Shown piece after piece: positions 13,001 through 22,743 of a stretch of DNA of 64,000 bases. This stretch comes from Macrostomum hystrix (taxonomy: Eukaryota > Animalia > Platyhelminthes). Location: NCBI GenBank assembly GCA_950097015.1, contig CATNEN010000038.1:4402001-4466000 (forward strand), written 5' to 3'. Under the pieces are notes generated by a model that was not told the DNA's origin, made no database searches, and worked only from the letters and a program-made list of their open reading frames with translations. Position 1 is the first letter of the stretch. Each line of letters opens with the position of its first letter. Position numbers and translations under genes: made by a program.

Positions 13001-13590
13001 CGCTGAGCTGAACTCCACCGAATCCCAGATCGCAGTCGGCATCGCCATTGCCACCAGCTTCAGCTGCTGCCACAGCCTGGGCCTCCAGTGCGGCTGCTTC
13101 GATTCGCTCCTTGGTGGCTCGCCGCCTCGCCTCAAGCGTCTGCAGCTGACGCACCCGAGCCTCCGCTGCCGCCTCCATCGAGCGAACCCGGCGAACCGCA
13201 GCCGGGTCGTCGCCAGACTCAGCTTCGCGGAGAGCTTCGTCGAGTTTCGCCTCGCAGTTGGAGAGCTCCCTGCGAGCCGACTCAGCGTCCGACTCAATGC
13301 GAGCCAGCTGGGCGCGCAGGCGAGTTAATTCGGCTGCTCGCCGCTTTTCTAGCTCGCCGCTCAGCTGGCGAACCACAGCCGAGTCCAGCTCGACCCGGTC
13401 GTAAAGTCGAACCCCGGCCAGCCGACTGAGGGCGGCCTCGCTTGCAGCCCTAGGCGGCGGTGGCAGCATGCCAGCTGCTTGGATACTGCTACCAGATTTA
13501 GCTAAGCTGTCAGCAATGGGCTCAATGAGTTCGCCTTCCTCTTCGCCTTCATTGTCAATCATTAGTCTATTTGACTGACTAGCAGTCAAG
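4039..13590 (-). CDS. ERCC6: DNA excision repair protein ERCC-6 / Cockayne syndrome B (SNF2 ATPase)
   Basis: Exons (-): ~13590-12906, 12534-12118, 11341-10880, 10807-10671, 10210-10021, 8771-8334, 7671-7293, 6907-6494, 6020-5457, 4430-4039, joined by GT-AG introns; the start codon is uncertain and a short upstream exon near 13700 is possible. Motifs: [114 protein letters not shown], and a CSB-type C-terminus [18 protein letters not shown]. Confidence 0.95.
4500..5365. repeat. ~26-bp minisatellite (GAATCGCAGCAGGATTCCAGGAAACA)n in last ERCC6 intron
   Basis: Tandem units; the reverse complement is related to 3362-3880. Confidence 0.95.
6058..6445. repeat. GGGAAATCCC-core minisatellite (~22-24 bp alternating units)
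   Basis: Units such as AAGATCTTTACAGGGAAATCCC and AAGATCTACACAGGGAAATCCC. Degenerate relatives at ~6975-7160, ~7700-7770 and, inverted, ~2930-2997. Confidence 0.9.
7880..8102. repeat. 22-bp minisatellite (GGGCATATGGGGAAATCCCAAA)n
   Basis: Tandem units in an ERCC6 intron. Confidence 0.9.
8810..10003. repeat. Composite minisatellite: 23-bp (ATCCCTGCATCTTATCCCATCTC) interspersed with a longer CTTGGGTCTCAATAAATGTATCCTTTGGTGTC unit
   Basis: Fills almost the whole ERCC6 intron 8772-10020 and explains the ORFs at 8716-10043. Confidence 0.95.
10308..10570. repeat. Degenerate ~34-bp tandem repeat (CACCTTTATCAGATGCTTCCTGCCTTAATTATCA)
   Basis: Several decaying copies in an ERCC6 intron. Confidence 0.8.
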
Positions 13591-14724
13591 CTGCGAAAAT
13601 AAAATCAGAAATAGCAAAGTTAATAAGAAAAACATGTTTCATTGAAACAATAGAATATCAAATTAGAATAAAAAAGACACAAACTTTCAAGTCCTGAGTC
13701 CATGTCCTAACAACTAGGCAACAACCCCTTATTCGGAGTATTTTGGTTATGGAGTCCCCTAGTCCATGGACAAAACTGTCATGTACAGCCTGTGCTTCAC
13801 CATAGCTAGTTAGCTGCAGCTGTGCTGTGGGCAGATCTGCTTTGATTGGGATAAGTGTAATATATTATTATTATTCATTCTTATAGCTCTATTTATTTCA
13901 TTATTATAAGTGTAACAAAAAATCATATATAATATAATACCATAAATAACATATTTGTTTCAATAGAAAAATTGTTATCTACAAATTAGTTTCTTTTTGA
14001 TGACTATCTTGCATCACTCACTAGCTAGCTTTAATCATAATATATCTGTGGATGGCATCCCATATGAAAAGGGATCATTTCTGACGCCCTCCCCAATCTC
14101 TCTCTCTGCCCAACCCCAATCTCTCTCTCTGCCCAACCCCAATCAACTTATCAGTGACATATGTCTTTCTTATTGAAGTTGTTGAAGCATATGCTTTTCT
14201 TCATGAAACAATAAACTCAGTTGACAGCTAATTCAGGACAGCTTACTAAACTAAAATCTCAGTTGATTTGTCTTGACACCCGTACTTAATGTTTGTCTTA
14301 GAGTCAGAGGCAACACTGCCACCTTTCCATCATAAGGACTTGCATATGGGAGTTTTTGGATCAGCTCAAGGAAGGCAGATGTGATCCTGATCCATTGGGA
14401 TAACTGACACTTGGTTTGGGGAACGGTGTGCTTTATTGATTGTCATATCTGCTTTTTCTCAAATTTGAATTGGTGCCAGAAGTAAAATTGTCATATGTTA
14501 GGATTTCACAATTTCACCATATGAAAAGGGATTTTCTAAAGCTCAGGTGTGTGTACTTTTTCTACTTAAAGGCTGCTGCTTTGAATTAGAATTTTTCATA
14601 CATAATAATATAATACATGGTCTTAAAAAGTTTTTGGGTTGCACTATGCTAAAAGCAAAGCCCACATATCTTAATTGAGCATAGTTTTAGTTTTCTGCCC
14701 TAACACATCTTTTAGCTGATACTG

Positions 14725-15015
14725 ATCATTGAGACCCTAACAACCCAGAGGCCTAAAGAGATGATTGAGGTTAATAGGCCCTCTGCAAGTCCAAATTTTG
14801 TAAAATGCATGAAACCAGCATGTTTACTACTGTTTGAGATGTACTTCCAAGAATTCATGTGGCCCCAAGTCTTTCCCAACCATCAGTTTGGCAATATTTT
14901 AGTATTAGATGGCACATTATTATCCTGTGACTTTTTAAACCAAATAGCCATGACTTGACTTAATATTTGCTCTTTAGGCTCAAAAGCCTCTGGGTTGCTA
15001 GTGTCCTATCAATGA
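14725..15015. mobile_element. Degenerate MITE with imperfect TIRs
   Basis: CATTGAGACCCTAACAACCCAGAGGCCTAAAGAG vs CTCTTTAGGC..GCCTCTGGGTTGCTAGTGTCCTATCAATG. Confidence 0.5.
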
Positions 15016-15426
15016 GTGATAAGTGTATGTCAGAATGCATATAAATAATTTTGAGTAGAGACCTGCCATCAATCTTTCTCAATTATAAAGGAAAGTACTT
15101 AAAGTAGACAACAACTATCAACAAGAAATGATTATATCATAGGCCCAATAAATGATGAGAAGCTATTAATACTAACTTACTTCATGAGTGATTGCTAGGC
15201 CTATAGCTAGGCATGTATAACAAAAGCCTACACTTAATAGGCCTAAGTATTAAGTATAGGCTATCATCAAAAACTAGTTAACTCATACTTGATAATAAAG
15301 ATGACATGCATAGGCCTAGCTAATTATAGGTAGGCCTAGTCTAAGGTAACTAGCCAAGGTTTTGTTGGAAAAAACAAAAGTTGAACTAAAAAAACTAATC
15401 TAGAAGATATAAATACGTAAATTTAC

Positions 15427-15519
15427 ACGTCTATACTTCCAGTACCAGAACCAGTACCATAACATAATTTTTTCTGGTACTGGTTCTGGTACTGGTTCTG
15501 GTACTGGAAGTATAGACGT
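15427..15519. mobile_element. 93-bp foldback MITE / hairpin with TSD
   Basis: ACGTCTATACTTCCAGTACCAGAACCAGTACCA ... TGGTACTGGTTCTGGTACTGGAAGTATAGACGT, flanked by direct repeat AAATTTAC (TAAATTTACA if the ends are shifted by 1 bp). Confidence 0.8.
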
Positions 15520-17479
15520 AAATTTACATCTAGGCCTCTAAATTAACCAGACACGACAGGCAGCTAGGCAGACAAATGTGGTCTCACATTAACCTTCATA
15601 TTAAACTTTATAATATTACTTTTCAAATTGATTTTTGCCAAGCTAATTTCAATTGAATTAAGTTTCCTTAAGTCTAAAGACAATAGAAAGACTTTGACTT
15701 CAATGAATTTCAGTTAAATGGATTGAAGCTAGCTTCATACTTCATTGCACTTGAACCTAGTTCAATAAATTCACAAATATTTACTGCAAACTACAGTGAG
15801 ACCACATTAAACGAAAAATGTATAACTAAAAAAAGATAAGCAATAAAAATGAATAAGCAAATCGAGAGCTGAGCTTTACATCCAAATGGCCCAAACCCCC
15901 CATCCAAACTGCCCATACAAAGACGTTACCGAAATTTTAACGTGGGGTAAATACCGCTGACTTAACCGCATCATAATCGAAGCATAGCACATAGGGGCGA
16001 CGGGGCATAACGTAGTGCATGTGCATCATACACGTAGAGATAATAAAACGATAGCTAACCCGTGAGAAGACAAGCACTAATTCAATTCAAGCTATCCGTC
16101 ACTAAGAAGTCAATGATTAATGAAATCAAACCGATAATGACATTGGCTAATTAACCTAATTCTCATTTTAACACATCAAACGTTAATGACGTTAGAAAAT
16201 TCATCGTGCCATTGTTGCTCACGCTCTATGATAAAAAATATTTTTTAATTCGTGCTAAACTTGTTTTACTGCACTTTTTTCAGGATAATTCAATTTGTGC
16301 CGATTGTAACTACGGCCAAACTTAATTCCTTGTCTTAATTGTGGCCGACTTGGATAGGCCACTTGTGTACACTGCAATGTAGGCCGTTTGTGCCTAATGC
16401 ACTGAGAACAAAAGAGCCTAAAAGGCTTGCGAAGGCCCCATCGACAAACTTCCTCAGCCCGACCAGAAATAACTCCGGAGTTTCTAGCTAATGGTCACTG
16501 CTGTTATTCACCCCCGTCCGCCCCTTGTTGAGCAGCAGCCTGCAGTTCAGACAGATGTCCAACAGGTGGTCACGCAGGTGCCTGAGCGGAGCCTTCCCAC
16601 ATGGGGAACTCTGTCCTAGATCTCTGAAAGCAAAAAACTCAATAGGGCCCAATAGGAAGGGTTAACCTTCCGACTCGATTGGCAGTGTCATCGATTCCCG
16701 GCTGCATTGTCCGGGGCTCCCGCGCGATTACGAGACCATGTATACCAGAATTCAATCGCATGGGTCCTCGCTCAGATTAACAGGATTAGTTTGTCCGGGA
16801 CCCCTATTTAGACTTTCCATCCGCAGATTTTCTGAAAACCTAAGAGATCTGTTCCGCGACTATATTCTAGCCTGTCCTTAGCGTCTACGATAGCTCTTCC
16901 TCTACTTCGACGCTTGATCAAGTGATCGAAGAACGTTAGCGCCTGCAGAGAAGTTAAAAAAGCCACGAAAAATAATCAGTGCTAAGAGGAGAACAGCACT
17001 GAACTTTCACAAGGATCTGTCATTCGAACTTTGGGAGTCTGGGAGCTATCGTGAAGTAGGCAGTGGCTGTTAGCTAAGGTGGAAATTCCCCCAAGGTCTT
17101 TCCCCAGGTGGGAAATAGCGTTGTCTTTCTACTTTCTACGAGGCCTCGTTGTAGGCCTCGGGCAACTGTTCTGTGATTATATACATCTCTACAACGTTCT
17201 TTGCTAGAGCTTCAGCGGTTTCGCTGTCATCTCCACTTTCCACTTCAGTGCTCAATGTCGTCGTCACTTGGCTGGACCGCGACGCCCTGTCCCCCGGTAC
17301 AAACTTAAAAAGTAAAATGAACTATAGTTGTTTGTTTTGATCGAGTACAAGTTTGCCTGAAAAAAGAATGACTATTTTTGTTGAAATTCGCTAAAATCTT
17401 TTAATTGTTTTAGACTTCCTGATAGTTTGCTAGTGATAGCTGTCAGTTTCGAGACTGTTCTGCTCCTCAGGTGAGCTTC

Positions 17480-20149
17480 TCAGGGGCAGGCAGTGCCCAG
17501 CAGCCGCAGGGTCACGAGCCCCTGGTAGTCCGTGTGGCTATCTGGGACTCCGACGCAGCCTTGGCCACCGCAGAAGGAGCCACCGCCGCCGCCTCCGTTT
17601 CCAGGTGCTCTGGCGGCTGCTCCGCCGCTGAAGCCGCCGCCACCGCCCCCAGAGCCAGCACATCCACTGCTGTAAGCAGCCGGACATCCACTGCCGGAAG
17701 CCGCCCCGCCGCCACCGCCTCCAAAGCCTCCGTCAGAGCCTTGGTATCCGCTTCCACCGAGCCAGCTCTCGGTGCGACCGAAGCCGCCCTCTCCGCAGCC
17801 TGGACAACCCTTCGTCGAGTTCGAGCCGCTCAGCCAGCCAGCACCAGGGCCGGCGTAGACGCCACTAACGCCAGAGTTGGATGTTCCTGGCTGACCGCCA
17901 ATGCCACCAAGAGGGGATCTGTTGGGCCAGGGCCATTTGCCGTCCTCGTTTGTACTAGCAGACCCTGAAGCGGATGTTTTTAGGACTAAAGTGCAGGCAA
18001 GTGATAAAGAATGTTGAGACCAGCTTGCTTGCCGAGCCTTGCTTGCAAAATATTGCTTGCTGAATATAATTTAACAGATATGATAATTATAATGATGCTA
18101 ATATCAGGCAGAGAAATGACTTAAGAACGAGAAGAACGGCTGTCTAGATGAAAAATATTAAGCGTGCCATAATTCATTGTTTGCGTTCAGTCAGTGCACT
18201 TGCACTAAGCAGATTTGCACGAGCGCTAAAATAATGCAATACTGGTCACTGAGGAACGGAAGTTCCGTGAAGGTAAAAATCCGCGAAATTTCGCTAGCAA
18301 AGTTCGGCAAGCAATCTTCCCCACGAAAACGTTCTGAAAGTAACTTTCTCGAAGGCGATTTTCATACAACTGCCCCCACCCCGTGCGACTGTGTTGTAAC
18401 TATGGCCTATGGCACGACGGCGCGCAGCGTGAGTGAGTCATAGCCTAGTGTGAGTCCATTATTGCTGTTAAGCCTACGCGTGCTGAAACGAGGTTGAAAC
18501 TAACGGTCAGTCAGTCAGTCAGTCAGTCAGTCAGTCAGTCAGTCAGTCAGTCAGTTAATCAGTCAGTAAGCCAGTCAGTCAGCCAGCCAGTCAGTCAGTC
18601 AGTTGTCAGTTATGTCACTGTAGTGCTGCGAAGACAAGGCGAAGTCATTCGAATCGGATACCTGGAGGTTCGATGATGTTTGGGATATGAACCGCAAAGT
18701 AAGTGGAACTAAGTTTGTGAACCCAATTGCCAGATTGTTCAAGATATGCTACTCGAAGCTAAACTTTCGCAAGATACTCGGTGAAGCTGCTTTATGGTAG
18801 CATATATTAGGTTACACTAGTATATAATAATTCATCTACACATATATATTACCTATTAATTACTTTCTGCATTTCATGAAAGCACACTGAAACTCACCTA
18901 GATAGCTGGACGCCCCACCGCCACCACCGGCTGCCAGGTACAGGAAGTTGTCAGAAGTTCGGTACACGAATGAGCCACCACCGCCACCTCCGCCTGAATT
19001 GCTAGCACCGTCTGCCCCGCTCTGCCCAACAACAATGGACAGCCGGGTGCCGGCCGACAGGCTGAAGTTGCCGGTCATTGAGGCCCCGCTCTTCGCATTG
19101 GTCGAACCAGTCGTAAAATACCTGGACATGCCCCCGCTGCCTCCGAGAGCCTGGATTCGATAGCAGCCGGACACCGACACAATGGCCTGCTGGACCGAGC
19201 CGTTCCTGCCAGTGCTGCTGTCTGCGGTAACAGAGATTCGCCCAGATTTCCCATGCTTAATTGCAAAAAATCGTGAGTACAAAGTTGAGAAAAGTATTTC
19301 ATCCTCCAATCTCGGGATGTTAAGGGAGTTAAGGAAATATAGTGCTCATTATTCCTTCTGTTTTTAGATAACGCAACAGTCGATGCAAAAGGCGGCCCTG
19401 GGTTTTAGCTGGAACTGCAAGAGGTAATTGCAGAACTACTTTATATGGTGCGACAATCAGCACCGTGGGACCATTGTGCCTGCATTGAACCACCCTAAGA
19501 TTAAGTCACATATTGAAAAGCGACGATTGAGAAAGCAGCCTTAAAAATCCAAAGACTCACTTTTGAAAGTGACCTCGGTTCCATTGACGATCGTGTAGCC
19601 GGACTCGTTCCCGAAGACATCGACTGCGAATTGAGACACAACAAAAGTTTTTGAGGCTGAATCTCCTCGAAGCTCGGCACCAAAGTGGACTCACCTTGAG
19701 CTGCTGGGCTCTGCAGCCGCTCAACCATATCATGGAAGTCCTCCGTCAGCCAAACTTTATCGCCAGCTTCGCCTCCGAGCCGTCTGGTCACGTGACTTGC
19801 ATTGGGTCCCGGCGTCTGCATCAGTCGAAGAGTTTGGCACCGTCGAGCGTCTTCGTTGAAGACGATGAGGGCGCAGCCGTCCAGGTGGGAGCATCGGCTC
19901 GCGCAGCTCAAGCGCGACATTCCGGGCGAGCTGAAGCTGATCAGCTCGCTGCTGCTGGCGTTGCTCAGTTGCACCGGCTCCGACTTCTTGAACACCTTCA
20001 GAACCCGAAGGCCAGCCACCAGCGGGGACTGCAGCAGAGCCAGCGACACTGCAGGTAAGATTACTTTTTTGTCTTGGCTTCCTTGTGTACTTTGGCAACC
20101 AAATCCAATGCAAAGCGGACTTACCGAACAGCAGGCAGAATCGTAGCAT
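17480..20149 (-). CDS. Secreted PAN/Apple-domain + ALK/LTK-like glycine-rich-domain protein, paralogue B (intact)
   Basis: Exons (-): 20149-20125, 20048-19695, 19623-19561, 19221-18898, 17964-17480, all GT-AG and phase-compatible. Signal peptide MLRFCLLFVSLALLQSPLVAG; PAN-like CASRCSHLDGCALIVFNEDARRC; glycine-rich domain [87 protein letters not shown]. No TM segment or kinase. Confidence 0.85.
18507..18602. repeat. (TCAG)n microsatellite
   Basis: Read directly. Confidence 0.95.
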
Positions 20150-21045
20150 ACTTTCTCAGGGGAATTCCAACTCGCCAGGGTCCTTTTCCAGATGAGCAAG
20201 AACAAGCTACGGCACACCTGAGCGGCTTCTATTTATGCCTGAATTGCTTGTCGCTTCTGTTTTGGCTACCTGTGCAGGTTGCTACCCTGCTGCCTCTCCC
20301 GATGCAGCTCGGGTCCCATCGCTAAACGCTTCCCGTCCTTTGTGAGCAGGTTAGGTTTGAGCTGGTTGTGGCTTTCATCCATTCTTGCTTTCTCAATCTC
20401 TCCGGGCAATCATGCTCCTCGTCGAAGAACCGCTAGCGCCGCTAGAATCATCGAATTTGCAATCTGTAGCTGAGGAGAAACTCAATTGCTGTCGCAAATT
20501 CAGCTCGCACGAGAGGCAGCAAGTTCCAGAGTAAATCTGATTGCTAGGACTGAAAGCAGAACCTATTAACAATGGAGCTGGAAGATCGCACAATGAGATT
20601 GTGGCATCTCTGCATTCTAGGATGCCTTTTGAGCCGGAAATGCAGTCAGGTGGGATGGATAGACCAGTAGCGGCTTTCTGATGAGATGGATTACAAAATT
20701 CGATCGATTCTCAGGAGTGAAGAGAAGACAATAGCAATGTGGTGCTTTGTAGAAATGCACCTTTTTAAACTCCGCACTGATTTCTTTCGCAGGTCTATTT
20801 TAAACTAACACAGTGACTGCACATCCTTCGATTATTGTTAACTGCTGCTTTTTTTGCCTGCCTGATTAGTTCCTACTCGAAGTCAGTGAGAACGGGTGCA
20901 ATTGACGCAGATCTATAATCCGATTTTGAGTCCATTTTAGTCACTTTAGTCACTTTTGGTCAGGTTTTTTGCAACTGATTCGATAAAGCATCGTATATTT
21001 TAGTCTCTCGTTAAATTGACAGATGGACCAACAGGATCAACGAAT

Positions 21046-21850
21046 CAGGGCTGCAAAACCACTGATTCAAAACCAGTGTCAGAGGGGACTTCCGGCACAT
21101 CATTACCCACATCTGATACCCACATTATCAGTGCTAAAATAACCTCATCAGCCGATTGCCATCTCAAATAAAAATCTAGCTGCAACTGAGTGAAATATGC
21201 TGAAAAATTTCACTACGCGAACTCTGGAGTACAGTGTTGAAGGCTCAAGCATTCCGACCCAGGTACTCTACTGCACCCCTGCACCTTTACTGGATGCTAG
21301 ACTTTAAAAGGTGCGTCAAATGAAGTGTGTCCGAACGTGCTGGCACTACAACACTGATTACAGCGCTCAGTGAGTCAATCGGGCCTCTTCATAACTTCGT
21401 GGTCAGCAGGTAAACGAGCACCTTCACGCAATACCGAATCAAAACACAAACTCTGCTGGTCCGAGTCAGCGCAGTCTCCTTCTTCTCAACGACTTAAGAT
21501 GTTTCGACCCTCAAGCGCCAGCTCTCAAACCATGTATTGCGCGGCAAAAAGTCAATCTTTTTGGCAAGTTAAGGCCATCCTGAAGTGGCCTGTCGGAGCC
21601 GGTGAAGCCAATCAGCTTCAGCTCGCCCCCCGGCATGTCGCGCTTGGGCTATGGCTACACAGAAGTCCTGATATTCCTCGCGTGCGCTCTAGGGTTCTAC
21701 TCCGTTCTCTTTCACAGTGAAGTGTTTGCTCATTACAGGCTCGATACTCGCGCTCAGTAAGACATCTTCCACTCACGGAATTCCTCTTTCTCTCGAAGAT
21801 CGCCGGTGGGATGTTCAAGCAACCTTTGATATTTGTTAATATTGGAGACA
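21046..21850 (-). mobile_element. Possible decayed hAT-like transposon remnant
   Basis: A broken minus-strand frame (AREEYQDFC..DWLHRLRQATSGWP*LAKKIDFL) loosely resembles a hAT dimerisation region. CAGGGGCTGC at ~21046 resembles a hAT end. Weak. Confidence 0.2.
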
Positions 21851-21899
21851 AAGGAGACAAAGGACACAGAACTCAAGCAAGCTAAGTCACTTCTATTAC

Positions 21900-22300
21900 T
21901 TTTTTAAGCAATATTACCCGAAAAATATTTACAAAAAATATACAACCCGGAGTTCAGACGTACCATATCCTCGTTTAGACTAGGAAACCATAAGCTAGCT
22001 TGCGAAACATTGCGAACTGCGAGACCGAAAATTCCGTATGAGAATAGATTATGTATTAAGTGCAAACGGAAGTTGAAAACGAGGTCCTGCACTTCCTTTT
22101 TAAGTGCAGTTGAATATGTATAGCGCCGCACGTTCGAATTTTGAAAAGAACATTTCTGGGAAAACTCCCAGTTTCACATCCTTAACAGCAGAAGAGAAAT
22201 CTAACTACATAATGGCACAAGACGATAGGGAAACCACTGAAGCTTTAGCAAAGTACATCATAGAAATCTCTGAAATAAGGGAACAGCTGCCCTGAGACTA
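21900..22300 (+). mobile_element. 3' fragment of a non-LTR retrotransposon ORF2 (L2/CR1-group type)
   Basis: YLQKIYNPEFRRTISSFRLGNHKLACET..IPYENRLCIKC..VENE..HFLFKC (CCHC knuckle), frameshifted, ending ...EALAKYIIEISEIREQLP* followed by an AT-rich tail. Confidence 0.75.
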
Positions 22301-22743
22301 CGAGCTCGTATTAACATTTAAGAATATAATATTTCATATTTTTTTTATTCCTGGTGTCCATTGTGGTTCTACTGCTCTTATATTTTATATGTAATTTATT
22401 AAAATTATATATTTTAATAATTTATAAATTTATCGGTAGTTTCGGTAGTTCAGGACAGTTGTTGTCAGATTTTATATTGCCAGAGCTACAGTGGAATTCC
22501 AGACACATTGTGCAATTAAGGGATTTGATTTGTCAGCCTATATTTGACCGGAAAATGAGGGATTATGTCGTAGACTTATCTCTTCAAGTTCCAATTCAAT
22601 TCAATTCAATTCACCATTGAATGGGTCAAATTAGTTTTCGTTCACTGAATTACTGAAATGTTAATGATTGAGTTAGAAAACCAGTTTGATTCTCAGTGTA
22701 AGCTGCTAAGTTTTGAAACTGATCTGCTCCTCAGGTGAGCTTC

